Positions 20,101 through 29,252 of a stretch of DNA of 64,000 nucleotides are shown here, one piece after another (the stretch's first letter is position 1; every line of letters begins with the position of its first letter). A program made the translations under genes and the position numbers. Location: the IMG/VR virus record IMGVR_UViG_3300028388_001983, positions 1-64,000 of that record. One strand, written 5' to 3'. The notes below the pieces were generated by a model that saw only the letters and a program-made list of their open reading frames with translations, searched no databases and had not been told where the DNA came from. Origin of the DNA: a virus.

Positions 20101-21043
20101 TTAAATCTATATCATTACTTTCAAATGATCCAGCAAACTCTAACATTTCTCTAATCTCTTGATTGATCTTACCTATATTCTTATTGAACATATCATTAAG
20201 AGACATGTCTTTGTTAATATTTCTACCAAACCACTTAAAGAATTTATCTACTATAGGATCATTAAGTTGGTTTATATCTGTAATGTTAATACTAAATCCT
20301 AAATTTACTAAGTATCTAAGTTTACTATCAAGACTTAAATCTTCAAAATCAGTTTTAGTTTTGGCTTCATTGATTTTAGACATATTGATGACATAATCAC
20401 CATTACTATTAGTCCTAATCCATGAATCTTTTGCATTAGCTATCATCTTAGCATTGTTTAACCACTTTTGCCTAATAATTCTAGCTAAGGTTTCTGACAT
20501 TGCATTTATAGGAACAATAGCCCCATTCATCCTTTTTAGTAATAACATTGGAGTATTCCTATTATTACTAAACTGAGTATAGAAAGCATTTCTTAAAAGG
20601 AAACCATTATCAGAAATATTATTACTATTATATTCTAATCTATCTAACAAGTATTCCAATTCAGGGTTTTTAGTAGATAGTTGTTTAATCTTTTCCAACA
20701 TATCTTCTAAAGTAGTTAGAGTAGCTAAATCATTATTCAACAGATTCATTAACCTGTTATAATTAGAATTCATATAAGTAGCATAATCACTAATAGTCTT
20801 AACAATTTTCCCTTCATTATTTCGATGTACTACTGGTAAACTAGCTACCAACAGTTTAATATGTGAAGGTGCTAAATCTTTTATAGAATTTTTATTAGAC
20901 TCAACTCTTGAATAACTATCACCTACAAACTCTTCCTCCTGTAAAGTAGTTTTGATATTAATATTATACTGTTTAAGAAGTACTTTATGATGAGCTACAA
21001 ATTCATCCCAGTGTGCTAATATAGTTTTAGCAGTATCTGTATT
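14150..21043 (-). CDS. Virion RNA polymerase, catalytic portion (frame open to 21043, no ATG near its 5' end)
   Basis: NRIPAQG and GSDFDVDK (DFDxD at 17627-17641), TDAQS, FVDVAKDP; degenerate zincin-like PEEAAH near the C-terminus. Confidence 0.9.
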   Translation of the reverse strand, partial: NTDTAKTILAHWDEFVAHHKVLLKQYNINIKTTLQEEEFVGDSYSRVESNKNSIKDLAPSHIKLLVASLPVVHRNNEGKIVKTISDYATYMNSNYNRLMNLLNNDLATLTTLEDMLEKIKQLSTKNPELEYLLDRLEYNSNNISDNGFLLRNAFYTQFSNNRNTPMLLLKRMNGAIVPINAMSETLARIIRQKWLNNAKMIANAKDSWIRTNSNGDYVINMSKINEAKTKTDFEDLSLDSKLRYLVNLGFSINITDINQLNDPIVDKFFKWFGRNINKDMSLNDMFNKNIGKINQEIREMLEFAGSFESNDIDLTYFNQDGETEWSIALNGGASNTFNKLNKLASLIESGETLEDIDIEEFKNLLPRKFKGNATFSTNSKIVKAALEGKRTQFILLKGIKEDFGDGFEVTDMKEYDYTSFLVNHLLDGTMPFLRMGDRRLEYAIRLPNARGEYRGTVENETIKDSMLEYLKDELALTFKNLKEDLNTRYVGNNLSTLRVFNFIWSEKDQKTIFENFKNSNPDLSVEELSQQFTEQYHEEIDSTFDTYIQDNIDETIQYLESAGLVAREGTDTYYISDISPELLTEFSEKFDGVLNSGEMSNVAKRIFYNYFVGANEQLRLVYGDLAGYKDIIDFHKRTTGAGSTRKNTRNDDETIRQLNVQYPRMDNAQHTKTPGLYVLKDIVTENSELSTIYKKYNKIEGTDAQSHITLDEYRGFKVRQGEWTEDQEKAYQYEQQLLGIRLINNPNKNFEFTEGNFLELFGQHVRTSVPEQPMFNGEIIKPEELGQLPPIKPIGYGKSEEGDFVEYFKTSTTPILPSTLKDGSTGMNLLLNMMNDGVSYAGFVTTQKATFKGEPIDITNLDSIESSQKENTVNYDNFGEQLDIHDEFKNKVTQSTQMVRLLFGDIFGSELDQEFKPLKEERDKLTNAITRRVRNQIIDELGLTYNSKTEEYSILEENKSKFKDKLIDLFHGRQLPQNAIEGIDIVLDTESKLIDTLVNKNQIENVLFAFVRNSVISNKVPGEMLIQESSAIYDEDLKFYTNKDGKVTEMEVMIPLPNSLVRYVKQVGGLEEFNKMVQGGAIDAMDPRILTLSANRIPAQGLNSLEAIRVKKFLPQHVGAKIVLPADIVVKTGSDFDVDKLTTYYRSIKTINGKLQVENYYDKINKTTLDSIYFYKYGGILRAYNEYKKGEFKAIQEVEEFKELFPNLKEGDIENLTDAQLEERIKELPTKEEFVNNNLGKAPEEVNTLNSIYNRLLEINNEAVLHPVRFDSLIKPNNADTLQSLANELKVRSKSPLDDTITDSWSHGIKFWYNAKRAMEYFSGKAGIGMTATANVSHVSTQENPLKVVDKAVNIFFKGQQLEEDQNYKIGHINDIDGKKISDIYAEFLTAFVDVAKDPFILYLNANTSTFNAFNFLMRTGVEKGPTDIKTLARFFTQPVILDYLKQRSIDEHADQDNKVKDTVSRVAEKYGFPTVEMQYEFFDDYLNNRKKVTSEEVEALNKKFKDLKYKHLTKTDLQKTYKPTTKDVKMNMQILDNFLMYVQFGRILSEFQKVTRPDVALGKNRAQVRRLNQRRIKFGELDFFDRVDYNNFMSNSYLNEYSKTHTETFKLFKNFFITGHEEILTYLEGTILKPALGTKMSDKRADKFLHKFENQLTNWILGKELSPENYEYLLVGKNSVPTRILKAKTDNQLRNNLLIKELLPLIKAYDTGRDMDVPVDNVKLYQQRLTVEEQDNITEAWAELLESEEDYIRKLGKDLMSYMIAQGGVHNSPINFYHLIPNRYFQPIVNDIITTFLNKAKDNESLGDELHHAIDDIIRNNANDTNLVVRFGRKGTYLVNNKIPKSIDVSNKYAAYDEEYISKVVFLDNKRDAIQKFRQGINVPKEIVLYQKARVEEDFARFELVPKLGYGYRFFETTETVSDYSVLDINNSDTRTTQEQIVDDTVPIPEDVSDINAEISSLSRKDRMMSFAMEGLEANEDLNNSVEEFFKAIGVDLVRVKEILDAKGKPTNAVAAANFINKTIEVVDGKDLKISQLPEEAAHWYVAMLGEDNNLYKGMLRNITKYDTYKNVVKQYSEIYEGDETLLKQEAIGKVIANEMVGIHETTQSQNWWKALWNKIKGWFSKSTPFKKAAYDILNNNLTNLKESTEVVESPKMYSQESNFSVLNNWENFPGKVIGNTKVVNEYYRESIDRLESRAIRDFGSDAVSVKHNLQDMGGRKYHRLLISKPTNKNATQSREVTSQELTKENATIQNQEYLLENFDSIFPNYDFFSTQQKLDFIEQMSEGQLEIYCGL

Positions 21044-24000
21044 TCATTAAAAAATACATAGTTAATATCTTTAAGAAAATATGTACTTTCTTCAGCAGAT
21101 AAATCAGCTACTTTAGACCGAATTTTATCAAGTTTAGTAGGATATAAAGCATCAAACTTATTATTCTTAATATAATTATATAATTCTATTCTACTATCTA
21201 CCTTTCTACCGTAGAAGGTAGAGACAAAGTTTTTAATGGTTTCCCAAATTCTTTGGAATAAATTTTTCTTTTGAGATTCAGATTTAGTAAAAGAGTATTC
21301 AGGATTAATCATAAAATCCATAAAATCATCTGCTAATATCTCTTCTATTTGATCAGCAGTCAAATTATCGTTATCTAATCTCTTTCTAGTTTCTTTATAT
21401 AAAGCCTCTTTAGTTTCAGGAGATAACATTAAATCACTAACCACATGCCATGCTTCGTGATATAAAGTACCTCTATTACCTTGTGCACTTACTAATACTT
21501 TTAAACCATGAAAAAATTGTCCTGAATCTTTAGTATTATCTTTATAAGGATTATCCAATAATCTATCTGCAATAACTTCTAAAGGAATATTAGGAAACTT
21601 TTCTTCAAACCATGCTAATTCCTCAAAAAAATCTTGTTCAGTATAACGGAAAAAACTTCTATCAAATTCTCTAGACCTTGACTTTATTCTAGAGTTCCAA
21701 GTTTTACGAGCTTTTTCTACACTACCACTTATTTGAATTAATTTCTCCTGTTTATTTTTAGGGAGTTCATCAAAAGGTTTAAGGTCTGTAGTAGGTATAT
21801 TTCCAGTAGGTTGATCATATTTTTGACTTACATCATTAACATCAGTTTGTCCAAATAATGTAGCTGATGTACTAGAAGGTTTATCTTCTTCTTTTACTGG
21901 TTTAGTTTTATCCTCTTCCTCTTCAATAGTTTTATCCAACTTCTTCTTCAGCTCTTCTTGACGTTCTTTAGATAATTTACCTTTAAAAGATGAAAAATCT
22001 GCTTTCTTTTTTGAACGTTTTTTAGAATCTTCTGGACTAGGTTTCTTTCCTTGTACTTTAGCTAAGTCTTCATCAGTAATTTTTTCACCTTGACTAACTT
22101 TACTAATCATATCTTCCATAGCTACTCCTCTAGCTCCACCTTCAATAGCTTCACTAGGAAGGACAGTAGATTGATCAGTTATTTTAGTACCAGCTTTTCT
22201 AAATTGTATAGAAGGATTTAAATATTGAGTATTTTCTGGTTGAGCCATAGTAACAGGAGTGTTACCTACAGGTCTAACAGGAACTTCAAATTTATCACCA
22301 TCAAATAAATATTTATAATAACCACCATTATCTTTAGAATGGATTATCTTAAGTGGTTTATTATCCTTAAATTTAAACCATGTATAAGAAGTCTTTTTAT
22401 TTAATGACTGCTTACTAACATTATGATTCTTCTTAGCTAAGAAGTTTTTAAGTTTTTCTACCTTATCAGGATTCTCTTTAAACTCTTTAGAGTTAATACT
22501 TTCTCCAGCAAATACAAACTCTTTAATATGTTGTTTATTTACTACTCCAGCATTAGTAAAACCATGATTAAAAAATGCACTATATTGATAGTTAGTTGCT
22601 TCAGGATTATCAGCGTAGTTCATATAAATAGTATCTTCCAAATAATCACGAACTGCTTTATAATCAGGGTCTTTAAAGTTCTTACTATCAAGTACCCATC
22701 CTAGTAAATTAGTTAAATCATCTACCATTTTTAAATCTCCAAAATTCTTAGGTCTCATGACCTCTGGTCTATTTTGAAGACTTATATAAACCAAACCATT
22801 TAATACATTATATTTTCTACCAAATACATCTATTGTAGTAGGATCACCCGCTTGAGAATCAGGTACCTCAGCTATCCTAATTAAATCATGTATTAATGCA
22901 TATCTAGGACCACCAACTAAAGTTTTAGTTAAAGGTGTCCATTCTTTATTTTCTCTTACTTTAACACCAGGATTTTTCCTAGCTATTTCAAGAGTACGAC
23001 TTTCTTTTTTAAGTGTCTCTCTATACTTTATAAGTTCTTCTTTGGCTTTATTAAATCTTTCTTGAGTTACTCTCTCAACTTCTTCTGCAGTAGGAGTATA
23101 CTTATCTGTTTCTAACTCTTTACCAACTTCATTACGAAGTTTATTTAGAGTAAAAACTTCTTCATTTAATCTATCTTCAGCTATTAAACTTGTGTAAGTA
23201 ATGTAAGTACCATCCTTACCTACATTTCTACCTTCAGCATCAGTAAGACTAGCTTTACCAGTTTTTCTTTCAACTACTACAATTTTAATATCATCAGCTA
23301 CAATCTTCTTTTCATCTTCTGTTAGTTTATCAAATTGGTCTACTGTAACTAATCCTTTAGTTTTTCCAGAATAAAACTTAAGTTGTTGCTTAATAGGATT
23401 AGTATCATCCAACTTCATAACTTGATCAAATGTAAATGTCTTAAAGACATTTTGAGATTTCTTTTTAGATGTACTAAAATCTCTGGTAGTAAGTACATAA
23501 CCATACCACCTCATATTATCAGGATTATCAGATACTCTTTGATCACCTCTACTAACTAACATAGATTCTACACCATCAAAGATATGTTTAGCTCCTTCTT
23601 CATCCTCATCTTTATCGTACTTACGTTTCTCAGTAAAGTACTTATCTCTAGGACTTTCTTCAGGCTTATCTACAAGTTCTGGAGTAGAAGTCTTACGTTT
23701 TTGTACTTGAGTAGTTCCAGTATGTAAATCTATGTAATCTTTATACATACTGAAATAAGTTTTGATGGCCTCTCTTTGAAAGGCTTTAGTTTTATTGATA
23801 GAATCTTTAACTAATTTAATATCACTAGTCAGAGTTTTTAATCTTTCTTGTAACTCATCTAATTCTTCCTCAGTTAATTCAATCTTCTGTTTAACTGATT
23901 CAATATTTTTAAGTACATTTTCAAGAATCTCATCATTAGTAGATTCTTCTTTTAAAGTCTGGTACGCACTATCTACTAACTGCTCTCTTAGTATTTCAGC

Positions 24001-27000
24001 ATTTTCAGTAGAAAGAGTACCATCCTCTATATTATTATTAATGTCTTGTAAGCTATCACTTAACCCAGCGAGATTAATAAGTCTAGTACCGAAACCTTTA
24101 AGTGTAGACCTTAATCGTTTTGTATATTGTTGATTTTGTTCTATTAAATTTTGTACATTAGTAATAGTTTTACTAAGCTCTTCTTCAGATTTTTGAAGAT
24201 TTTTAACAAAATTATCTAATTCAGTTTTACTTAGTTGTCCTACCTCTTCAAGAGTTTCCCTATGATTCTCAAGATTTTCAAGACTTTGTTGGTATCTATC
24301 TTTCATACCCTCTTGAATCTCGATATCTCTCTCAATTTTTTCTATATATTCATCTATTTCTAGTGCATTTAGATAAATTCTAGCACTATCTTTAGTATTA
24401 GGTACTCTAATTTTCCTAAGTTCTTTTTTAGAAGTAGTTCTTCCTTTAGATAATAATTCACCAGATTTACGTCTTAACATATTAAGTTTATTGACGTAAG
24501 AATCTATTCTAGAATTAACTAAATTAATTCTTCTTTCATATATAGATTTTAGATTGTTTACAGCTTGTAATGCAGACTCATAATTTCTACTTTCAGAAAC
24601 TTCTTTAGCTGTCTTAGTAACTTTTACATTAGGAGATTCATAAGTCTTACCTTTATAAAAGACAGTATTATCAGCATTAAGATAATGTTTAGAAGTATGA
24701 CCTTTTTCTGTTATAACTAAATTACCTTGTTTATTAACAGAATCTACAGTAAAAATAGCAGAAGTTTTACCCTCTTCAATCTCTTCACCAAAATCTACTT
24801 CAAATTCCCCCTTATGTGTAATAGTATGTTCCCTATTATCTAAACCAGTTATATTTTCAGTCATAACTGTATTATCATAAACTTCTTTTAATTTACCAGT
24901 TAACTGTTTAGCTACAGGGTCTTTAGTAGTTTTATCTACTTGCTCTTTAATAGATTGATCTTTCTTTTTTTCAGACTCTAGAAAGTTATTGTAATTCTCT
25001 TGATAATTTTTTGGAGACATAGCCTTTTGCCATACCTCATTAGACATATCTAGTAACTCTTGATATTGTTTTATTAATTCATTGTTGTCTTCAATCTGCT
25101 CTTTTTCAGCAGCCTTCTTTTCATCTAAAGTAGAGTTTATTTTCTCTAATTCATCAATAGCCCTACTAGCATGTTCTTGATCAAAATAAGAAGATAATCC
25201 TAATCCTATAGTCTGATTATAAAACTTATCAAAGGTTTCTCTATCAGCTTTATCATGTTTAACTCCTCTAAATCTACCTTTATGGAAACCATTCATAGTA
25301 GATTGAACAATCTTATTATAACGATCAGCTTTATCAAGTAAGTCTTTTTGTAAAGCTTCTATATTATCAAATTCTGAAAATTCTAGTACTTCTTCTTGAG
25401 CCTGTTGATCTAAGTTAGCAAGGTCTTTAATATGATTTTTAGCAATATCAACACCATTAGGTTGAGTTAAGAATGGATATAAGTAATTAAAGTCTAACTG
25501 CTCTTTAAAATACTTAGCTAAAGTTTCATCTCCTATATTTTCTAAATAAGAAATTTGATCCATCTTAAGATGATCCTTAACTTCACCTTGTAAATATTCA
25601 GCAACTTTTTTATTATCTAAAACTACATTATCATTTTCATCAAGAACAGGTCTTATAACACCCTCTTCATCTTCAAATGTTTTTATTAAATTTTTAGCAT
25701 CTCTAAACCTAGTAGTAAAATTCCTATTAATTAAATTAGAGAAATTTTCTTTTGCTACATTCTCTGCTTTAGTTTCTCTAGCAACGCCTATACCACCACC
25801 TACTAAACCCAATAATGATCCTAAAAAGATAGACTTTTGCATATCAACATTAGATAATCCATCTATATAAGAATCTATAATATGATTAATTTCTCCAAAA
25901 ACACCTTTATCTTCATCAGATAATTCACTTTCTCCTGATCTTTGTTTATAGTATTCATTAATAGCATATTGAGAACCTTCTTCAAAGAATCCTTCAGAAA
26001 ATGCAGTAACTCCTAACCTTTTACTAATTTTACCAGCCTGTTGCCATTTACTAAGTTTTCCTACGTTAATGACACCATCATCAGCCATTTTACCTACATT
26101 AGACCCACGTAAACCTTTACTTAGTCTACGTCCAGCTATTCTATCTAATACAGTACCACTTCTAAACAAGTTGGCTTGCATTAGCATATTTGGACCTAAC
26201 AATACTAAGAAGTTTTTCTTCATTACTTCTGCAGCATTTTCAGCTTGTCTAGTTCTAATTTCTTCTGGAGTATATAAAGGATTACCTTGTTCATCAGTCA
26301 TGCCTCCTAAGTATTCGCCGATCTCATCAAAAGTTTGACCAGCTTCAGCAGCAGACTCAAACAAAGTGTTTACCAGTGACCCACTAAAAAAATCAATTTG
26401 ATTAGCTAATTTACTACCAGTACGAGCAGCTAGATTAGTTGCAGGTTTTATTGATTTGGCTGCAGAATTAATCCAAGGATTTGCTATATTAGCTATACGA
26501 GCTCCAAACTTAACAGCTTTCAATGCTGCACCAGGTACTAACATAGATAAAAAGAAACCTATACCATCAGCACCTTCAGTAGCCCAAAAGGAAGGGCTAA
26601 AAATTTGAGTACCTAAATTACCAGTACCCTCTCTAACATTTTTATAAACTGGTAAGACATCTTCATTTACATACTTCTCAGCATTTTCTAAAGCTGTAAT
26701 CCAAGCATTATTAAGAAGTCTATCCATAACTTCTGGATTATCTTTTATACCATCAGTTAATGCAGTGGCTCCAGCCCATGCAGCTCCACCTAGATAACCA
26801 GGAATTTTAGAAGTTTCAAATCCTACCTTACCAATAATTCTTGGTATAGTAACTCCAGCTTGTTCCCAACCTGATTGAAAATATCCTTGTCCATATTGTA
26901 AACCACCAAAGGGTTCTAAATTTTCAATAGAAGTACCCTCTGGAGTCTTTTTTAAATAGTCTGCAGAAATCCCATGATGAGTTACAGGAGCCCTCTGTAA

Positions 27001-27150
27001 ATAAGTTTCCAGAGTGGGATCACTCATATAATTAGAATCAGTAAATGCCTTATTAAGTCTTTCTTGAAAATCTTCTTCGCTTTCTATAGGGATTGGCTTA
27101 ATAGGGGTTGGCTGTAATTCATCTTGAAATTTAATCTCTTTTTTTGCCAT
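21016..27150 (-). CDS. Giant virion protein with zincin HExxH domain; probably the N-terminal half of the vRNAP polyprotein
   Basis: Gly/Ala-rich N-terminus with EGFFEEGSQ, long coiled coil, YHEAWH (21445-21459) and EEILADDF; overlaps the RNAP frame by 28 nt. Confidence 0.8.
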   Translation of the reverse strand: MAKKEIKFQDELQPTPIKPIPIESEEDFQERLNKAFTDSNYMSDPTLETYLQRAPVTHHGISADYLKKTPEGTSIENLEPFGGLQYGQGYFQSGWEQAGVTIPRIIGKVGFETSKIPGYLGGAAWAGATALTDGIKDNPEVMDRLLNNAWITALENAEKYVNEDVLPVYKNVREGTGNLGTQIFSPSFWATEGADGIGFFLSMLVPGAALKAVKFGARIANIANPWINSAAKSIKPATNLAARTGSKLANQIDFFSGSLVNTLFESAAEAGQTFDEIGEYLGGMTDEQGNPLYTPEEIRTRQAENAAEVMKKNFLVLLGPNMLMQANLFRSGTVLDRIAGRRLSKGLRGSNVGKMADDGVINVGKLSKWQQAGKISKRLGVTAFSEGFFEEGSQYAINEYYKQRSGESELSDEDKGVFGEINHIIDSYIDGLSNVDMQKSIFLGSLLGLVGGGIGVARETKAENVAKENFSNLINRNFTTRFRDAKNLIKTFEDEEGVIRPVLDENDNVVLDNKKVAEYLQGEVKDHLKMDQISYLENIGDETLAKYFKEQLDFNYLYPFLTQPNGVDIAKNHIKDLANLDQQAQEEVLEFSEFDNIEALQKDLLDKADRYNKIVQSTMNGFHKGRFRGVKHDKADRETFDKFYNQTIGLGLSSYFDQEHASRAIDELEKINSTLDEKKAAEKEQIEDNNELIKQYQELLDMSNEVWQKAMSPKNYQENYNNFLESEKKKDQSIKEQVDKTTKDPVAKQLTGKLKEVYDNTVMTENITGLDNREHTITHKGEFEVDFGEEIEEGKTSAIFTVDSVNKQGNLVITEKGHTSKHYLNADNTVFYKGKTYESPNVKVTKTAKEVSESRNYESALQAVNNLKSIYERRINLVNSRIDSYVNKLNMLRRKSGELLSKGRTTSKKELRKIRVPNTKDSARIYLNALEIDEYIEKIERDIEIQEGMKDRYQQSLENLENHRETLEEVGQLSKTELDNFVKNLQKSEEELSKTITNVQNLIEQNQQYTKRLRSTLKGFGTRLINLAGLSDSLQDINNNIEDGTLSTENAEILREQLVDSAYQTLKEESTNDEILENVLKNIESVKQKIELTEEELDELQERLKTLTSDIKLVKDSINKTKAFQREAIKTYFSMYKDYIDLHTGTTQVQKRKTSTPELVDKPEESPRDKYFTEKRKYDKDEDEEGAKHIFDGVESMLVSRGDQRVSDNPDNMRWYGYVLTTRDFSTSKKKSQNVFKTFTFDQVMKLDDTNPIKQQLKFYSGKTKGLVTVDQFDKLTEDEKKIVADDIKIVVVERKTGKASLTDAEGRNVGKDGTYITYTSLIAEDRLNEEVFTLNKLRNEVGKELETDKYTPTAEEVERVTQERFNKAKEELIKYRETLKKESRTLEIARKNPGVKVRENKEWTPLTKTLVGGPRYALIHDLIRIAEVPDSQAGDPTTIDVFGRKYNVLNGLVYISLQNRPEVMRPKNFGDLKMVDDLTNLLGWVLDSKNFKDPDYKAVRDYLEDTIYMNYADNPEATNYQYSAFFNHGFTNAGVVNKQHIKEFVFAGESINSKEFKENPDKVEKLKNFLAKKNHNVSKQSLNKKTSYTWFKFKDNKPLKIIHSKDNGGYYKYLFDGDKFEVPVRPVGNTPVTMAQPENTQYLNPSIQFRKAGTKITDQSTVLPSEAIEGGARGVAMEDMISKVSQGEKITDEDLAKVQGKKPSPEDSKKRSKKKADFSSFKGKLSKERQEELKKKLDKTIEEEEDKTKPVKEEDKPSSTSATLFGQTDVNDVSQKYDQPTGNIPTTDLKPFDELPKNKQEKLIQISGSVEKARKTWNSRIKSRSREFDRSFFRYTEQDFFEELAWFEEKFPNIPLEVIADRLLDNPYKDNTKDSGQFFHGLKVLVSAQGNRGTLYHEAWHVVSDLMLSPETKEALYKETRKRLDNDNLTADQIEEILADDFMDFMINPEYSFTKSESQKKNLFQRIWETIKNFVSTFYGRKVDSRIELYNYIKNNKFDALYPTKLDKIRSKVADLSAEESTYFLKDINYVFFNEIQILLKLY

Positions 27151-27161
27151 AGTAATCAAAA

Positions 27162-29246
27162 TTATTGAAGACTGTTAAAATAGGATTGTCTTTGTTTGGT
27201 AGTAGATATATCTCCTTTAACACCTTGTCCAACTTGTCTAGTTGGAGATTCTATAGGTAATCCTAAAACTTGAAACATAATCTTTCTATATATATCTACT
27301 GTTTGCATTAAATTATTAAAATAAATAGGTTTACCATCAATAGGATTTATAAACCCATATTTCTTATTCTTACCTCCTCCAAAACTTTGAATCTTAGGAG
27401 CATTTCTTAAGACACTTCTACCTTGTTCACTTTTGATTAGACTATCAGGATTAATACCTTCAGATTCTAAAAATTTATCTAGTGTAATACCATCTGCAGT
27501 ACCTTCTAACTCATCATGCCATTTATTACTATAGTATGAATGTAATAAGGCTGGACTCTGCATTTCTATTGCCATATTAGTAAAAATGTTTTTTTGTCTT
27601 TGTTCATCACCAGCTACAAATTCTACAGTTTCTTCTTCACCATCTTTTTCAGTAGGTCCAGTTACAGTAAATATTACTGGTACATTTTCACCACCCGCCT
27701 TTAATGAAACTTTATAATCTCCTTGATTAAATATTTGATTTAATTTCTCAGCTTGCTTTCTACCCTCTTTAGTATCTCCTCTATGAGACCCAGCTCTAAT
27801 ACCTTTATCAGGATCATAATATACTAATGTCTCTGCTTGTCTGCCACTAAAAGTATTTTCAGTCATCTGCTCAAACTTACGTTGATCATCAGGATCAGCA
27901 CCTATTAATACTTGTTGACTAATAGCAGGTACAGAATTAGATAATGGTTTAACTACATCGTCTTTATAAGATTTTCTAATAATATCTTTATAGTTATACC
28001 ATTTTTCTGTTAATGGTTCTACTGCTTTATCGTTATGAAGTAATCTACCTTTAAAAATACCTCTTGGTGTAACACCATAATCTTCTAGAACTTTGAATAT
28101 TCTACGTTTTTCATTAGCCACTCTTCTATTTAAAGCAGAAGTCATTGCCCAATCATGCATTTCAATATCTAAATCATTTAATAGATTGGTTTGCTCTTCT
28201 TCACTTAAATTTGCAGCCTGTGGGAAAAATCTCATGATCTGATCAAGATCATCTTGTCCGTATAAATTTTCTTGTACTCTATCTAAAACCTTTTGTTGTT
28301 CTGGAGTAACTTCTGGTAATACTCTATTAGCTTCTTGACGATAAGTTATTCCTTGAGCAGTATCATCTGCTTTTAACATATTACCTATAACATCTCCTGA
28401 TTGTTCAGAAGGTGTATAATTATCTGTATCTATAGCAGTAAATTTATCAGGAACTTTACCAATCCAAGAATCACTTCCAGAACCAGCCATAGGATTTTTA
28501 ACCCGAGTATAATCATACTGATCATATAAATTACCTTCTACCCAATCTCCTAATTCATTGGCTACCATACTAGCAGCTTGAGGATTGTTTTCAAACCCTA
28601 AATCTTTTAAAAGTCCTGGTAAATAATTTTGGGTAGCATCTGCTATTAATTCTTGACGTTCTTTAGGAGTTAATCCTTTACGATAACCATATTTAAGCAT
28701 ACCATACTTATCTTGAGTTACTTCTAGATCAGTTCTTTTTTCAGCTAATTTACCATATTGTTCTTTTAATCTTTGATCTAAATGTAGTCTATTAAGATAC
28801 TCAAAATTAATATCATCCATAGACATTTGATTAAGATTACCTTGAGGTAAATCATTTACAAATAATATGTTAGGCCCAAATTTATCAAGCAACTCTTGTC
28901 TACGTTGAGACTGTTCCATATACTTACGATTCTTTTGATACCAAGGATTTTGTCGTTCTTTCATTATAGCAGTAGCTAAGTCTGGAGCAGCCAATGCTAA
29001 ATCATTATTATAAATATCTTTAATTTTATTAACTTGTTCATCAAATTCAGACAATCTTTGGTCTCTACCCTCAATATCTTGAGTAGGAATATCTCCTACT
29101 TGTGCTCCAAACTGATTTAAGGCAGCTTTGGCACTTGCAGCCTTCTGATATTCCTGTTGCATTAAATCAGAAAATCTCTGAGTATTTGCAGGATTATACG
29201 CAGAGACATACGGAGTTGCTAGTTGTAAGTTATATCTTGTTGCCAT
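27162..29246 (-). CDS. Putative virion cargo/ejection protein
   Basis: MATRY...PYVSAY N-terminus and position upstream of the vRNAP genes. Confidence 0.6.
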   Translation of the reverse strand: MATRYNLQLATPYVSAYNPANTQRFSDLMQQEYQKAASAKAALNQFGAQVGDIPTQDIEGRDQRLSEFDEQVNKIKDIYNNDLALAAPDLATAIMKERQNPWYQKNRKYMEQSQRRQELLDKFGPNILFVNDLPQGNLNQMSMDDINFEYLNRLHLDQRLKEQYGKLAEKRTDLEVTQDKYGMLKYGYRKGLTPKERQELIADATQNYLPGLLKDLGFENNPQAASMVANELGDWVEGNLYDQYDYTRVKNPMAGSGSDSWIGKVPDKFTAIDTDNYTPSEQSGDVIGNMLKADDTAQGITYRQEANRVLPEVTPEQQKVLDRVQENLYGQDDLDQIMRFFPQAANLSEEEQTNLLNDLDIEMHDWAMTSALNRRVANEKRRIFKVLEDYGVTPRGIFKGRLLHNDKAVEPLTEKWYNYKDIIRKSYKDDVVKPLSNSVPAISQQVLIGADPDDQRKFEQMTENTFSGRQAETLVYYDPDKGIRAGSHRGDTKEGRKQAEKLNQIFNQGDYKVSLKAGGENVPVIFTVTGPTEKDGEEETVEFVAGDEQRQKNIFTNMAIEMQSPALLHSYYSNKWHDELEGTADGITLDKFLESEGINPDSLIKSEQGRSVLRNAPKIQSFGGGKNKKYGFINPIDGKPIYFNNLMQTVDIYRKIMFQVLGLPIESPTRQVGQGVKGDISTTKQRQSYFNSLQ

Positions 29247-29252
29247 AATTAA

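Noticed and set aside
21000-21050. Stop-codon reassignment (TAG to Gln or TGA to Trp, known in some Crassvirales) as the explanation for the RNAP break
   Set aside because: Reading through the TAG gives only HTGMNL before another TAG and stays out of frame with the RNAP; the RNAP frame is blocked by TAA. Genes elsewhere are full length in code 11 and TAG/TGA are used as normal stops.
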